Source: Octopus sinensis
Taxonomy: Eukaryota
Direction of reading: 5' to 3'
Assembly: GCF_006345805.1 (NCBI RefSeq)
Contig: NC_042998.1
Span: 194,742,001-194,806,000 of the forward strand
DNA: 64,000 bases
This document shows, in pieces, positions 38,696 through 50,330 of this stretch (its first letter is position 1; every line of letters begins with the position of its first letter). The position numbers and the translations under genes were made by a program. Below the pieces are notes generated by a model. It ran no database searches and was not told where the DNA came from. It was given only the letters and a program-made list of their open reading frames with translations.

Positions 38696-39261
38696 CAACA
38701 TATGGAGAAGAGGAGAGGGGAAAGAAGAATGTGCCTTATTCTTTTAACTAATCAATTCTATCAGAGAAAATGAGACCATATATTGATGTCTGCCTGTCAC
38801 AACTCTAACAAATGAAAGTCACATGACTGCATGACTAAAACTATGTGGTCATGTGACAACATCTCTTTCACCTTTCTCTCTTTCAATCAGTTGACACTTT
38901 TACTGTCTGCTGGACTAAGCATTAATTTCTCCCACAAATATGTTTTCTCAATTGCATGTTTTGATGCTCTCTCTCTCTCTCTCATACACACACACACACG
39001 CACACACACACACATATGTACATACACATACACCACAGATGCACACACAGGGTTGTCTGCTTGTCATTTTTTAAAACAGAATTAGTAATTTAGACTAAAG
39101 GTGTTATTTTAAATATTTCAAGTTTCTTCGTTTACTACATTAAATATGCCAGTTCCCACTTTACTATTAAGGGGTCATATAATAGATGTCCCCAAGTATT
39201 TCTTCTTAATTACTTTTTCTTCTCTCTCTCTCTCTTCATTCATTTAACACACACACACACA

Positions 39262-39304
<43 letters not shown>

Positions 39305-40432
39305 ACAGTTAGACAAAAGAGACCATTAGAATAAGTTCCAGGTTTAAAAAAATAAGAGCAGGGGTCAATTCATTCAAAACCCTTCAAGGCAGTACTCCAA
39401 CATGGTTGCACTGAAATTAGTAAATGATAAAGGAAAAAATAAAAGATACACACACTCTTCATTTTTTCTTAATCACTCATTCTCATTTAATTGTATATAT
39501 TTTAATTGTTTGTTTATTCATATGTTTCGTCTCATTCGATACCCTGACCCCAACGTTTGTATTGTCCCCTCTTTTTCTCAACCTTATGGTGAATAAAGAA
39601 ATTCTCTCTCTCTCACCAAGAGCTTCTATACAGTTTCTGTTTATCAGTTTCAGTTACAAAATATTGGTTGGCTGAGGCTGCAGAAGACACTTTCCCAAGA
39701 TGTTGCACAGTAAGCTAGAACTTGGAACTACACAGTAACAATATTAAGCTCTGTATTCACATAGCATGTGAATGTTCATTAAACCATACTAATAAAAGAA
39801 TAAATAAATTGTCTGTTTTAGCCAGTTGTCTGTGTTAATCAATGGATAAATACCCCTTGCCTCAAATCCTTCAAAATCATATTCTTCTTACAAATTGTAC
39901 AAAAGTTATTCTTCAAGCATTGTTTTCAGTGGTAGTCTTTGGTACCTTCAGACATGAGATTGTAGTTCTTGATGTTATTATGTATTTTTAGTCCTGTGTC
40001 TCTTCCCTAAGATCATGTTCTTCTATTGTCCCAAGAACTTCATCTAAATATTTTCATTGGCATAATCTGTAGCAAGTTACATTGATCCATTGGCTGCGTC
40101 ATTAGCAAACAGTTGAATTACAGTTTCTTGGAATGGTAATAATGTACTGGTAGTTAGTGTATTAAGTCTTTCAAAAGCCTGCAAATCTGTGAACTGTCCC
40201 AGCACCATAACCTCTAAAAAGAGACTATCATCTGTATTCATGCAATACAACACCATAAAAAATTCCTTACATAATTTACAATAGCAGCAGAGGCTTCATT
40301 CTTAAAAGTTTCTTTATTCTGGATTAGTAACAACCAATTCAACCTAGTTTCATTTATATACCTGTGGAGTATCTCCTTCTCTCATTATAATTGTTTTGTA
40401 GTTTCAAGGAGCTGGAACAGGTCGCCGATTTG

Positions 40433-40661
40433 TTATTTCTTTACTGCCCACAAGGGGCTACACACAGAGGGGAAAAACAAGGACAGACAAAGGGATTAAG
40501 TCGATTATAGCGACCCCAGTGCATAACTGGTACTTATTTAATTGACTCTGAAAGGATGAAAGGCAAAGTCGACCTCAGCAGAATTTGAACTCAGAACGTA
40601 GCAGCAGACGAAATACTGCTAAGCATTTCGCCCAGCATGCTAATGTTTCTGCCAGCTCGCT
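40433..40661 (-). mobile_element. Family A SINE
   Basis: Reverse complement of a full monomer. Confidence 0.9.
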
Positions 40662-40989
40662 GATTTGTGACGTCTGCACAATCCAAGGTGATGACAATGG
40701 CTCCTTAGTACACCACATGGTCGATACAATGAATATAAAAAGAATAATACCTATATGTGCCAGAGGGAAAAAGAGAGACACAACCGTGTAGAATGTTTAA
40801 GAAAAGATTTATTGATATGTTAACATGTGTGCCTGTGTGTGCGTCAGAATAATAGACAGGCTGTCATAAGAATAAGATGTATGCCTGTGTATGTAAGCAT
40901 GAACGTATGCGTGTTAAGAACATATAAGGATGGTGATGAAGGAGTTACAATGAAAGTCTATAGCCATTGAAGTGAGGAGTAAATTCATA

Positions 40990-41620
40990 GACACAAGAAT
41001 GATAAATACCAGCTCATAGTCAATTCTACACAATAGTTGAAATACTGTATCAAGAAGTTGCAGTGATGATGCAGAGCCAGTTGCAGTACATGTCATACGT
41101 GAAGTTGTGGCTATGATGCTGCTGCCTGGGTCACTTGGTACAGGAGTTTTCGCAGGTTGTATATTTGCTGTTGATCCATGGTGAAGTAATTCATGAACAG
41201 TGCAGTGTTGTAACCTGGGTGAGTTGCTTGTTGAATTGTGTACGTAGAGAGATGTTGGCATTAGGATGAACGGTGGTGGCAGAGATGGAGGTCAATGAAT
41301 GCTGTTGGACGAAGTTTATGAGTCTCCACGTGGCTGCTGTTGTGTTGTCGCTGGAACTGGCAGTGTCTTGTGTGGTCAGTGGCCAGATCTTAAAAGGTCT
41401 GGAACCGAATGACATCAAGACAAGGAAAAGTTAGGCTTTTTATAAGGAGTTGTAGGCTCAGCTGAGGTAGAAAAACAGGCTGTCACACGTGACCTTATTT
41501 GAAGGCCACGATTGGTTGGGTTGCATATTGGCGCATGATACAGCAAGAGACAAATTGCGCCAATACCAACCAATCAGAGTAGTGGACACAACAGGGTCCA
41601 AAATGCAGCCAAAGGCTAGC
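40990..41620 (-). mobile_element. Probable Penelope-like element 5' end (promoter-like region plus ORF N-terminus)
   Basis: Inverted CCAAT-bearing hairpin at 41510-41575, TATAAAAA at 41444-41437, ATG at 41179 giving MDQQQIYNLRKLLYQVT.A..HSHNF (frameshifted), similar to Penelope-like ORF starts. Confidence 0.4.
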
Positions 41621-42099
41621 TGTTATCTACTATGTTCATATATATGAATATATAATAGAGAGGTCAGGAATTTCACTCAAGTATATGCTACATATTCTTT
41701 TTATACACTTGGAAAATTATAATCCTTTCACTCTGAATTAATTAACTTAATCTTTTCCTGAATGACTCAATTTCTTAAGTTGGTGTGCTGCTTCTATTAT
41801 GCATTTCAGTGTAAATTCTATACCATCATAACCACCCATCATCATCTGGTTATTTCTAAACCATCATAACCACCTATCATCATAACGTCTGTTGTCCTTG
41901 CTGGCATGAGTTGGACGGTTTGATCGGGCTGGTATGCTGGAAGGCTGTACCAGACTCCAGTCTGATTTGGCATGGCTTTCTATGGATGGATGCCCTTCCT
42001 AACACCAACCACTCTCTTGAAAATTGTGATGTTATATGGCTTTGAAATACAGGTGCTGGAAGTGGAAGATCTGTAGTAATAGCAACATATGTAAGGTGT

Positions 42100-42370
42100 G
42101 TGACATTAAGTGGTAATGAGACAAGGGTTATAAATGTGGGTGATCTGTGAAGGTAGACTGTATATGAAACATGTAGAAGAAGTATAATGGGGAATAGTAG
42201 TGAGACACAAGCACTGAATACAGAAGATCTGTGGAAACTGGAGAGAGATGAGTAGATTCTTATGTCTTTGGATGTGTATATGAGAAGCAGAGCGTAAGTG
42301 ACTTATTGGGCATTAAAGTCATTGGATGATGTGTATAGTGGATGTGATTGTGGTGTTATGGACAATAAGT
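42100..42370 (+). mobile_element. Ancient RTE RT C-terminal remnant
   Basis: SSETQALNTEDLWKLERDE resembles GSETW.V..ED..KL.RNE in younger copies. Confidence 0.55.
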
Positions 42371-42506
42371 GGACAAAAGTTCCATGTTCTGTCCATTTAC
42401 TTTTTTTTACTTCATAAATTATATAACATTTGATTCCTTTGGTGTTCATCTCCTTTGTTCGTTTTTACTTTGTAAAGTGAATAACATCATTAAATTGTTT
42501 TCCTAG

Positions 42507-42603
42507 TGAGAACTATATGTATGAGATTTTAGAGATTGTTGCCTGTAGTTTCCATATCAAAGACAATAGCATGATATTGAGGAACATCTACTATAATAAT
42601 AAG
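42507..42603 (+). CDS. Candidate 97 nt exon (phase 2-0), unidentified
   Basis: TTGTTTTCCTAG acceptor, AAG|GTAGAT donor, single open frame ENYMYEILEIVACSFHIKDNSMILRNIYYNNK. Confidence 0.22.
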
Positions 42604-42865
42604 GTAGATGTTGCCTCTGGAGCTTGAGGTGCCTTTTTGTTAATGTATGAGTTGAAACGACCATAAGATGCTTTAAATACTTAATTCAAAACTTTTAAAC
42701 TGTCATATACATTATATATTTATACTTATACATATTTACATATATTTTTATACATATCTATATATTTTTAATACAACAATTATTTTACACACGTATATAT
42801 CTTCCTGAAAAATTTTCTAATATTGATTTCTTGATATTAATAATAATATATGACCTACTGTTCTT

Positions 42866-43224
42866 GAGGAGACTTATTGAGTCAAGTACATCAACATCAA
42901 AATTTTAATTCAAATGGAAATTGCCGTTAAGACACCCATGCCGGTGACACGTGCCGTTAAGACACCCATGCCGGCGTCCGTGTCGGTGACACGTAAAAGC
43001 ACCAATCGATCATGGCCGTTTGCCAGCCTGCTCTGGCCCCTGTGCCTGTGGCATGTAGAAAACACCCACTACACTCACGGAGTGGTTGGCATTAGGAAGG
43101 GCATCCAGCTGTAGAAACTCTGCCAAATCAGAACGGAGCCTGGTGCAGCCTCCATGGCTTCCAGACCCCGGTTGAACCGTCCAACCCATGCTAGCATGGA
43201 AAATGATGATGATGATGATGATGA
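42866..43224 (+). mobile_element. RTE 3' UTR copy
   Basis: Repeat units, GGAAGGGCATCC core and (TGA)n tail. Confidence 0.85.
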
Positions 43225-44332
43225 TATATATATATATAATCGCTCATATTAAATATATAAATACTTTAATAGTATTAATACTTTGATACAATAGAGCACT
43301 CAATATAAATTCAGTATATAATATTCTCATAGAATATATTTAACTAAAGATTTATGTATGAGTTGTCTGCAATAAACACTTGGGAAATATTTGGTAATTG
43401 AAGCTCTTTATTATGTGTTGTATTATCACAAACAATGGTTATATTACCGAAGAGAGAAAAGTGTCAGAAAGTTTTGCAACCTTTATGTAACAATTTCTAG
43501 TGAATGCTGTTGTGTTCAGCTTGTTTGACTGGCTCTTAATGAGAGTATGGCTGCATTCTGGAAAAGGAAAGTTTCAATTTCTTTTTATAAACTGTAGTTT
43601 CATTTATAATACATAACAGTGGCTGCTTGTTAAAAGAGCTGACACTTCCAGTTTGTTATAAATTCCATTAAATACAAGACTACTTAATATTTTAAAGACA
43701 GGGAAAGGTTGGTAAAATAAAGGTTTACTAAATTATTTCAAAAATTTAGTTTCAAAATCTGTTTTTTAACAAAAGTCACGTTGCTAGGTTATTAAATCAT
43801 TTCCAATTAATTTTTTTTTTATTTCTTAAAGATTTAATGTTTGTTTGTTTGTAAACCAGACAATTGCTATAACAGAAAGTTCAGTGAATTAATTATATTT
43901 CGGTTTTATGTTGTTTGCCATATTTGAGAAGTTATGAGTGGGTTTGGTTGTAGGAGACTAATCAGAGGAAATAAACTGTGGGTGGGAGTTAGAAACCTTA
44001 AGTGCTTCGAGTGTAGTCAGCAGTTGAGGAGAATTGTTAAAAATGAGAACTTGAAGGAGCAATCAAAAATAGTAACAACTGTTAGTAAAAATTTGTTTTT
44101 ATGTAAGGGCCAGATGGTTGTTAACATAATACTTTATCTTACTGCTGGAGTTGTTCTTGGTGTTGTTGCTGTAGTTACTACTGCTGCTGCTGCAACTACT
44201 GTATTTTCTTGTTACTGTTACCGCTGCAACTACTGGTTACGGTTGTTGCTGCTTTTGTTATTATTGTTGTTGTTGTTGTTGTAACTACTTCTACTGTTGT
44301 TCTGCTGTTGCAACTACTTCTACTATCATTTG

Positions 44333-44564
44333 CTTCTTTACTACCCACAAGGGGCTAAACATAGAGGGGACAAACAAGGAGAGACAAACGGATTAAGTCG
44401 ATTACATCGACCCCAGTGTGTAACTGGTACTTAATTTATCGACCCCAAAAGGATGAAAGGCAAAGTCGACCTCGGCGGAATTTTGAACTCAGAACGTAGA
44501 GGCAGACGAAATACGGCTACGCATTTCGCCCGGCGCGCTAACCATTCTGCCAGCTAGCCGCCTT
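44333..44564 (-). mobile_element. Family A SINE (young, CpG-rich)
   Basis: Reverse complement of a full monomer inserted in a (TTG)n-rich tract. Confidence 0.9.
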
Positions 44565-44869
44565 TTCTACTATTATTGTTGTTGTTGCAACTGGTGTTAG
44601 TGCTGATGCTTTTGATGCAGTTGCTGTTGATATTGTTGTTGCTGCATCTGCTGTTTGTTGCACCAAAATATTTTTCATTTGCTCCAAGGTGCACCGTGAC
44701 TAAAAAGTTTGGGAAACAACTTCTCTCAGTTCCCATTTTAAGGTTGCAATAAATAGATGGGTAATAGTGAATCTATTGGGTTCCACCAAGTCAGCTGCTA
44801 GACATCGAAACTTTAATGTGTCAATGCCGAGAGAAGTAAAACATTGAAGATATGGTGACTGATGGAGAA

Positions 44870-45275
44870 TCATCATCATTTAACGTCCGCTTTCCATGCT
44901 GGCATGGGTTGGACGATCTGACTGAGGTCTGGCGAACCAGGCTCCAATCTGATCTGGCAGAGTATCTACAGCTGGATGCCCTTCCTAACGCCAACCACTC
45001 CAAGAGTGTAGTGGGTGCTTTTATGTGCCACCGGCACGAGGGCCAGTTTGGTGGTACTGGCAATGGCCATGCCCAAATGGTGCTTTTTATGTGCCACCTG
45101 CACAGGAGCCAGTCCAGTGGCACTGGTGACGTCCTCGCTCAAATATTTCACATGCCACAAGCACAAGTGCTAGTAAGGCGACGTGGTAACGATCACGCTC
45201 GAATGGTGTGCTTAACGTGCCATCGGCACAAAAGCCGGCTTGTTGCTCTGGCAACGATCTCACTCGTATGGTACT
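44870..45275 (-). mobile_element. RTE 3' UTR copy with four units
   Basis: Same unit order as 15090-15523. Confidence 0.85.
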
Positions 45276-45392
45276 CATTGTCTGATTGCATATCTCTGGA
45301 CAGCTTCCAGTAAATTAATATTCTAGACAAGATGGTGGGGGTCCCGACTGAAGATGTTGACTGTAGGCGAAGATGTACCATAGCCATATATA

Positions 45393-45947
45393 TGAATGGG
45401 TGCTGGAAAGTTCCTGGCTTTAAGGGTATCATAAGGTGGCAAGCTGGTAGAAACGTTAGCATGCTGAGTGAAATGCGTAGCCGTATTTCATCTGCCGTTA
45501 CGTTCTGAGTTCAAATTCCGTTTGTCTGTCCTTGTTTGTCCCCTCTGTGTTTAGCCCCTTGTGGGTAGTAAAGAAATAGGTATTTCGTCTGTTACTACGT
45601 TCTGAGTTCAAATTCTACTGAGGTCGACTTTGCCTTTCATCCTTTCGGGGTCGATAAATTAAGTACCATTTACGCACTGGGGTCGATGTAATCAACTTAA
45701 TCCGATTGTCTGTCCTTGTTTGTCCCATCTGTGTTTAGCCCCTTGTGGGTAGTAAAGAAATAGGTATCATGAAAGGCTTGATTAGAGGCTCAACCTTCTG
45801 ACTTCTTTTACAGGGCTTAGAAAAACTGAAGGACCACTGCAATAAGTGTGTGAATCTGAGAGGGGAATATGTTGGGTAAAATCATAATCAACTGATCCTC
45901 CTGTATTTCCCTTTACCTAAAGCCAGGACCTTTTCAGTACCCCCTCA
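45393..45947 (+). mobile_element. Mariner deletion derivative with a nested SINE dimer
   Basis: TIR-like GGGTGCTGGAAAGTTCCTGGCTTTA / TAAAGCCAGGACCTTTTCAGTACCC; remnant GLEKLKDHCNKCVNLRGEYVG* resembles the mariner transposase C-terminus. Confidence 0.75.
45433..45762 (+). mobile_element. Family A SINE dimer (first unit internally deleted)
   Basis: TSD GGTATCAT at 45425-45432 and 45763-45770. Confidence 0.9.
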
Positions 45948-46429
45948 TGTTGCTAAATCATATCTACTGTCTTAAGAAATAGGAAGGATGTATTGGATAA
46001 TGTGGCCATAAGTATATTGCCTGAATTAATGAATGCATATCTCCAGCTTGATTAGCGCTAATCAAAAGTAAAACAACAACAACCTCAAAACACCTCTACC
46101 ACTACCCTGCTCTTCATTATGATTACATGTCACAACTGCCCACACTCAACAACACCACTATCAACAACTACCACAACAACTGTTTCTATCTTCAAAAACC
46201 AACACCTCCGTAATTCCACCACCATTATCACCACTACTACAGCTTGACCATCACCCACCTAAGTGGTTAAGCTACTATGAATGGTACCCCTTGAAGAGTT
46301 GAATGTCTCAGAGGAAACACTCAAAGCGAATACTCAACTAATTAGTGTTGCCTGTGAGTGTTTGTTTCCTGTTGCAGAGACTGTAGCATTATTTAGACAA
46401 CAGGTTGTTTCTCACCTCCACCCCCACAT

Positions 46430-46932
46430 CTCTCTTTCTCTCTGTCTGTCCTTGTCTCTCTCTGTCTGTCCTTGTCTCTCTCTCTCTGTCCTTGTCTCTC
46501 TCTCTGTCCTTGTCTCTCTCTCTGTGTCCTTGTCTCTCTCTCTCTGTCCTTGTCTCTCTCTCTCTCTCTGTCCTTGTCTCTCTCTCTCTCTCCTCTGTCC
46601 TTGTCTCTCTCTCTCTCTGTCCTTGTCTCTCTCTCTCTGTCCTTGTCTCTCTCTCTCTGTCCTTGTCTCTCTCTCTCTGTCCTTGTCTCTATCTCTCTCT
46701 GTCCTTGTCTCTCTCTGTCTCTGTCCTTGTCTCTCTCTGTCTCTGTCCTTCTCTCTCTCTCTCTCTGTCCTTGTCTCTCTCTCTCTCTGTGTCCTTGTCT
46801 CTCTCTCTCTCTCTGTCCTTGTCTCTCTCTCTCTCTGTCCTTGTCTCTCTCTCTCTCTCTGTCCTTCTCTCTCTCTCTCTCTGTCCTTGTCTCTCTCTCT
46901 CTCTCTGTCCTTTTCTCTCTCTCTCTCTCTGT

Positions 46933-46968
<36 letters not shown>

Positions 46969-46990
46969 CTCTGTCCTTGTCTCTCCATTT
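46430..46990. repeat. Minisatellite (CT)n-GTCCTTGT, about 25 variable-length units
   Basis: Repeating TCTCTCTCTGTCCTTG with variable CT number. Confidence 0.95.
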
Positions 46991-47236
46991 ACTTTCTGTA
47001 TGTTGGTTTGTCTCTTTATCTCTCTTGCTCTCACCTCCTTTCTTGTCCTCTGAGTGTGTGTGTGTGTGTGTATATATGTGTGTGTGTGCACAAGCATGTG
47101 TGTGTGAATGTGTGAGGCTGTGTGTGGCTGAGTGATTAAGAACTTTGCTTCCCAATTGCATGGTTTCATTTGGTTTCAGTCCCACTACAGGGTATCTTGG
47201 GCAAGTGTCTACTGTTTTTGGTGTACATTGTTTACA

Positions 47237-47650
47237 CGCAGGAGTGGCTGTGTGGTAAGTAGCTTGTTTACCGACCACATGGCTCCGGGTTCAGTCCCAC
47301 TGCGTGGCACCTTGGGCAAGTGTCTTCTACTATAGCCTCGGGCCGACCAAAGCCTTGTGAGTGGATTTGGTAGACGGAAACTGAAAGAAGCCCGTCGTAT
47401 ATATGTACATATATATTTATGCGTGCGTGTGCTTGTGTGTCTGTGTTTGTCCCCCTAGCATTGCTTGACAACCGATGCTGGTGTGTTTATGTCCCCGTTA
47501 CTTAGCGGTTCGGCAAAAGAGACCGATAGAATAAGTACTGGGCTTACAAAAGAATAAGTCCCGGGGTCGAGTTGCTCGATTAAAGGCGGTGCTCCAGCAT
47601 GGCCGCAGTTAAATGACTGAAACAAGTAAAAGAGTAAAGAGTAAAAGAGT
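47237..47650 (+). mobile_element. Family B SINE
   Basis: Complete element with (AAAGAGT)n tail. Confidence 0.9.
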
Positions 47651-47869
47651 GTAGTTGAATCTATGTTTGGTTTATAGATAAAACACTTTACCCAATCTAC
47701 CTTGCTGTTTTTAGGTACCATAGTGTGCGTTTTAGATCAATGGACTGCATTGATAAGCAAGCCACATGATTGTCAACAGTACAGTCCATCTAACTGTTTT
47801 TAAGTACCACAATGTATTATAGAGCATTGGATTGTCTTGGTACTATTGACAATTGTCACCAGTACAATC

Positions 47870-48100
47870 ATCATTCGTTCATCGTTTAACATCCGCTTTC
47901 CATGCTAGCATGGGTTGGAAGATTTTGACTGAGGGCTGGCGAACCGGATGGCTGCACCAGGCTCCAATCTTGATCTGGCAGAGTTTCTACAGCTGGATGC
48001 CCTTCCTAACGCCAATCACTCCGAGAGTGTAGTGGGTGCTTTTAAAGTGCCACCAGCACGGGAGCCAGTCAGGCGGTACCGGCAACGACCTCGCTCGAAT
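47870..48100 (-). mobile_element. RTE 3' UTR truncated copy
   Basis: GTTTAACATCCGCTTTCCATGCTAGC...GGATGCCCTTCC. Confidence 0.85.
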
Positions 48101-48397
48101 CAACCTAATAATAAGTAAGTACCACAAGGTGATATAGTTCATTGTACTGTGTTTATGATCAAGACATTTCTCTGTCCACCCAGCTGTAAATGTGTACTCT
48201 AGTATAGTATATAGTTCACTGTGCTGTGTCAGTAACGAAGGCATTTAAATAGTCCAGTTCACCCAGTTTTAGATAGGTACACTGATGTGGTATAGTTAAC
48301 TGTACTGTGTCTACTATCAAGAAACTGAAGTGTTAATAGCCTAGTCTAACTATAGTTCACTTTTATAAATAGAAGTCAACATAAATAGAAGTCAACA

Positions 48398-48813
48398 GGC
48401 GCAGGAGTGGCTGTGTGGTAAGTAGCTTGCTAACAACCACATGGTTCCTGGTTCAGTCCCACTGCGTGGCATCTTGGGCAAGTGTCTTCTGCTATAGCCC
48501 CAGGCCGACCAATGCCTTGTGAGTGGATTTGGTAGACAGAAACTGAAAGAAGCCTGTCGTATATATGTATATATATATATAGATGTATGTGAATGTGTGT
48601 GTTTGTGTGTCTGTGTTTGTTCCCCTAGCATTGCTTGACAACCGATGCTAGTTTGTTTATGTCCCTGTCACTTAGCAGTTCGGCAAAAGAGACCGATAGA
48701 GTAAGTACTGGGCTTACAAAGAATAAGTCCCGGGGTCGATTTGCTCGACTAAAGGCGGTGCTCCAGCATGGCCGCAGTCAAATGACTGAAACAAGTAAAA
48801 GAGAGTAAAGAGT
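48398..48813 (+). mobile_element. Family B SINE
   Basis: Complete element starting GGCGCAGGAGTGGCTGTGTGG. Confidence 0.9.
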
Positions 48814-49023
48814 ATATCAACAAGTGTTTAACTGACTTGCTGTGCAGCATTCAAAGCCAGTATCACCCGGAAAGATGTATTTGTGTCTCACCTGTTCTCA
48901 TTGAGAATACTCTTGTGTATCATGGCCCCTGATCCTGACAATTTATGTCAGTTGCAGTTTTGGGTGGAGGATCAATGACTCGTGTCAGTACATGTTAATG
49001 CTTGTGTACCTAACCTACTAATA

Positions 49024-49405
49024 CATCATCATCATCGTTTAACGTCTGTTTTCTGCGCTAGCACAGGTTGGACGGTTTGACCGGGGTCTGGGAAGCCAGG
49101 GGCTGCACCAGGCTCCAGTCTGATCTGGCAGAGTTTCTACAGCTGGATGCCCTTCCTAACGCCAACCACTTCGCGAGTGTAGTGGTTGCTTTTTACGTGC
49201 CACCTGCACAGGTGCCAGGGGGGTCCGGCATCGGCCACGATCGGTTGGAGCTTTTAACGTGCCACCGGCACGGGAGCCAGCCAAGGCAGCGCTGGCAATG
49301 GCCACGTTCGGATGGTGCATTTTATGTGCCACCGGCACAGAAGCCAGTTGGGGTGGCACTGGCATCGGCCACGTTCGGATGGTGCTTTTTATGTGCTACT
49401 GGCAC
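49024..49405 (-). mobile_element. RTE 3' UTR copy with four units
   Basis: Repeated TTTTA(C/T)GTGCCACC(G/T)GCAC motifs at about 49190, 49254, 49320 and 49386. Confidence 0.85.
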
Positions 49406-50070
49406 AGCAAATTACTTATTACTAATCATATAAAACCACATGTCTACAGGTTAACAATAACAACAACAATAGCAACAGCTGCAATAACAACAACAGCAAC
49501 AGCTGCAATAATAATAATGACTTGCACAATGACCCAGCAACGCCAGGTCATAGTGCTAGTGCATGCTTATATACAGCTGCGTGCGTGCGCACATACACAC
49601 GAGTACTGTCCAAATCTCCGACCAATCACATACAGCTAACTGGCATTCAATTAGCGTATCAAGTTTCGGGCATTTTGATTGGGTTTTGGATAGAAAATTC
49701 ACAAAAAAGTCACTTCTATTGATTTTTTAATGGCTTTGCGGTGTGACTGGGGAAATGTAAAGATGTGAACGACCACCCTTGGATGGTTTTGAATGACCAT
49801 AGAAAGTGCGAGCCCTCTAACTGAAAAATTGTGGATTTGTATAAAGGATACACACACACACAGAAACATTTTGCCGTTTATATATATAGAGATGACAACT
49901 GCAGCACAACAATCCTGACTATCAGTGAAGATGTCTTATCTTGAATGCACATCCTCAGTGTAGTAAAAACCGTATCTCAGAAACTGACCCTTCTCTTCAG
50001 AGCCAGAAAATACTTCAGATCAGAATAGTCACTAACTCAGTACTAAGCTCAAGTGAAATTCCCAATGATA

Positions 50071-50103
<33 letters not shown>

Positions 50104-50129
50104 TAGTTCTCTTTCATCTGGGATAGTGC

Positions 50130-50330
50130 TACTGTCATGCACACAGACATTCCAGATTGCATCCAGAGAAAGGCCATTTAACTGATTGGCAAAAAGTTAC
50201 TCACAAAAAACACACAACCACTTTTGGTCCATGGACATGCAGTCTCCTCCCCGTGCATTTCTACAGCTTCTGCAGTAGCCTCTGCTCTTTCTAAATATGT
50301 GGATGGTCATAAGAGTGGCACCCACCATGA
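50130..50330 (+). mobile_element. Degraded CR1-group RT C-terminal remnant
   Basis: DCIQRKAI*LIG..LLT...QPL.H..AVSS.C resembles LDR.QR.AIRLIG...L..L.HRR.V.SL. Confidence 0.5.

Noticed and set aside
39830-40330. Apparent in-frame pseudogene with TAA/TAG read as Gln on the minus strand
   Set aside because: About 8 stops in about 110 codons is what random sequence of this AT content gives; no recognisable family.
43934-44284. 116 aa ORF with a hydrophobic C-terminus
   Set aside because: The C-terminal half is a (TTG/CTG)n repeat tract, and the rest has no recognisable domain.
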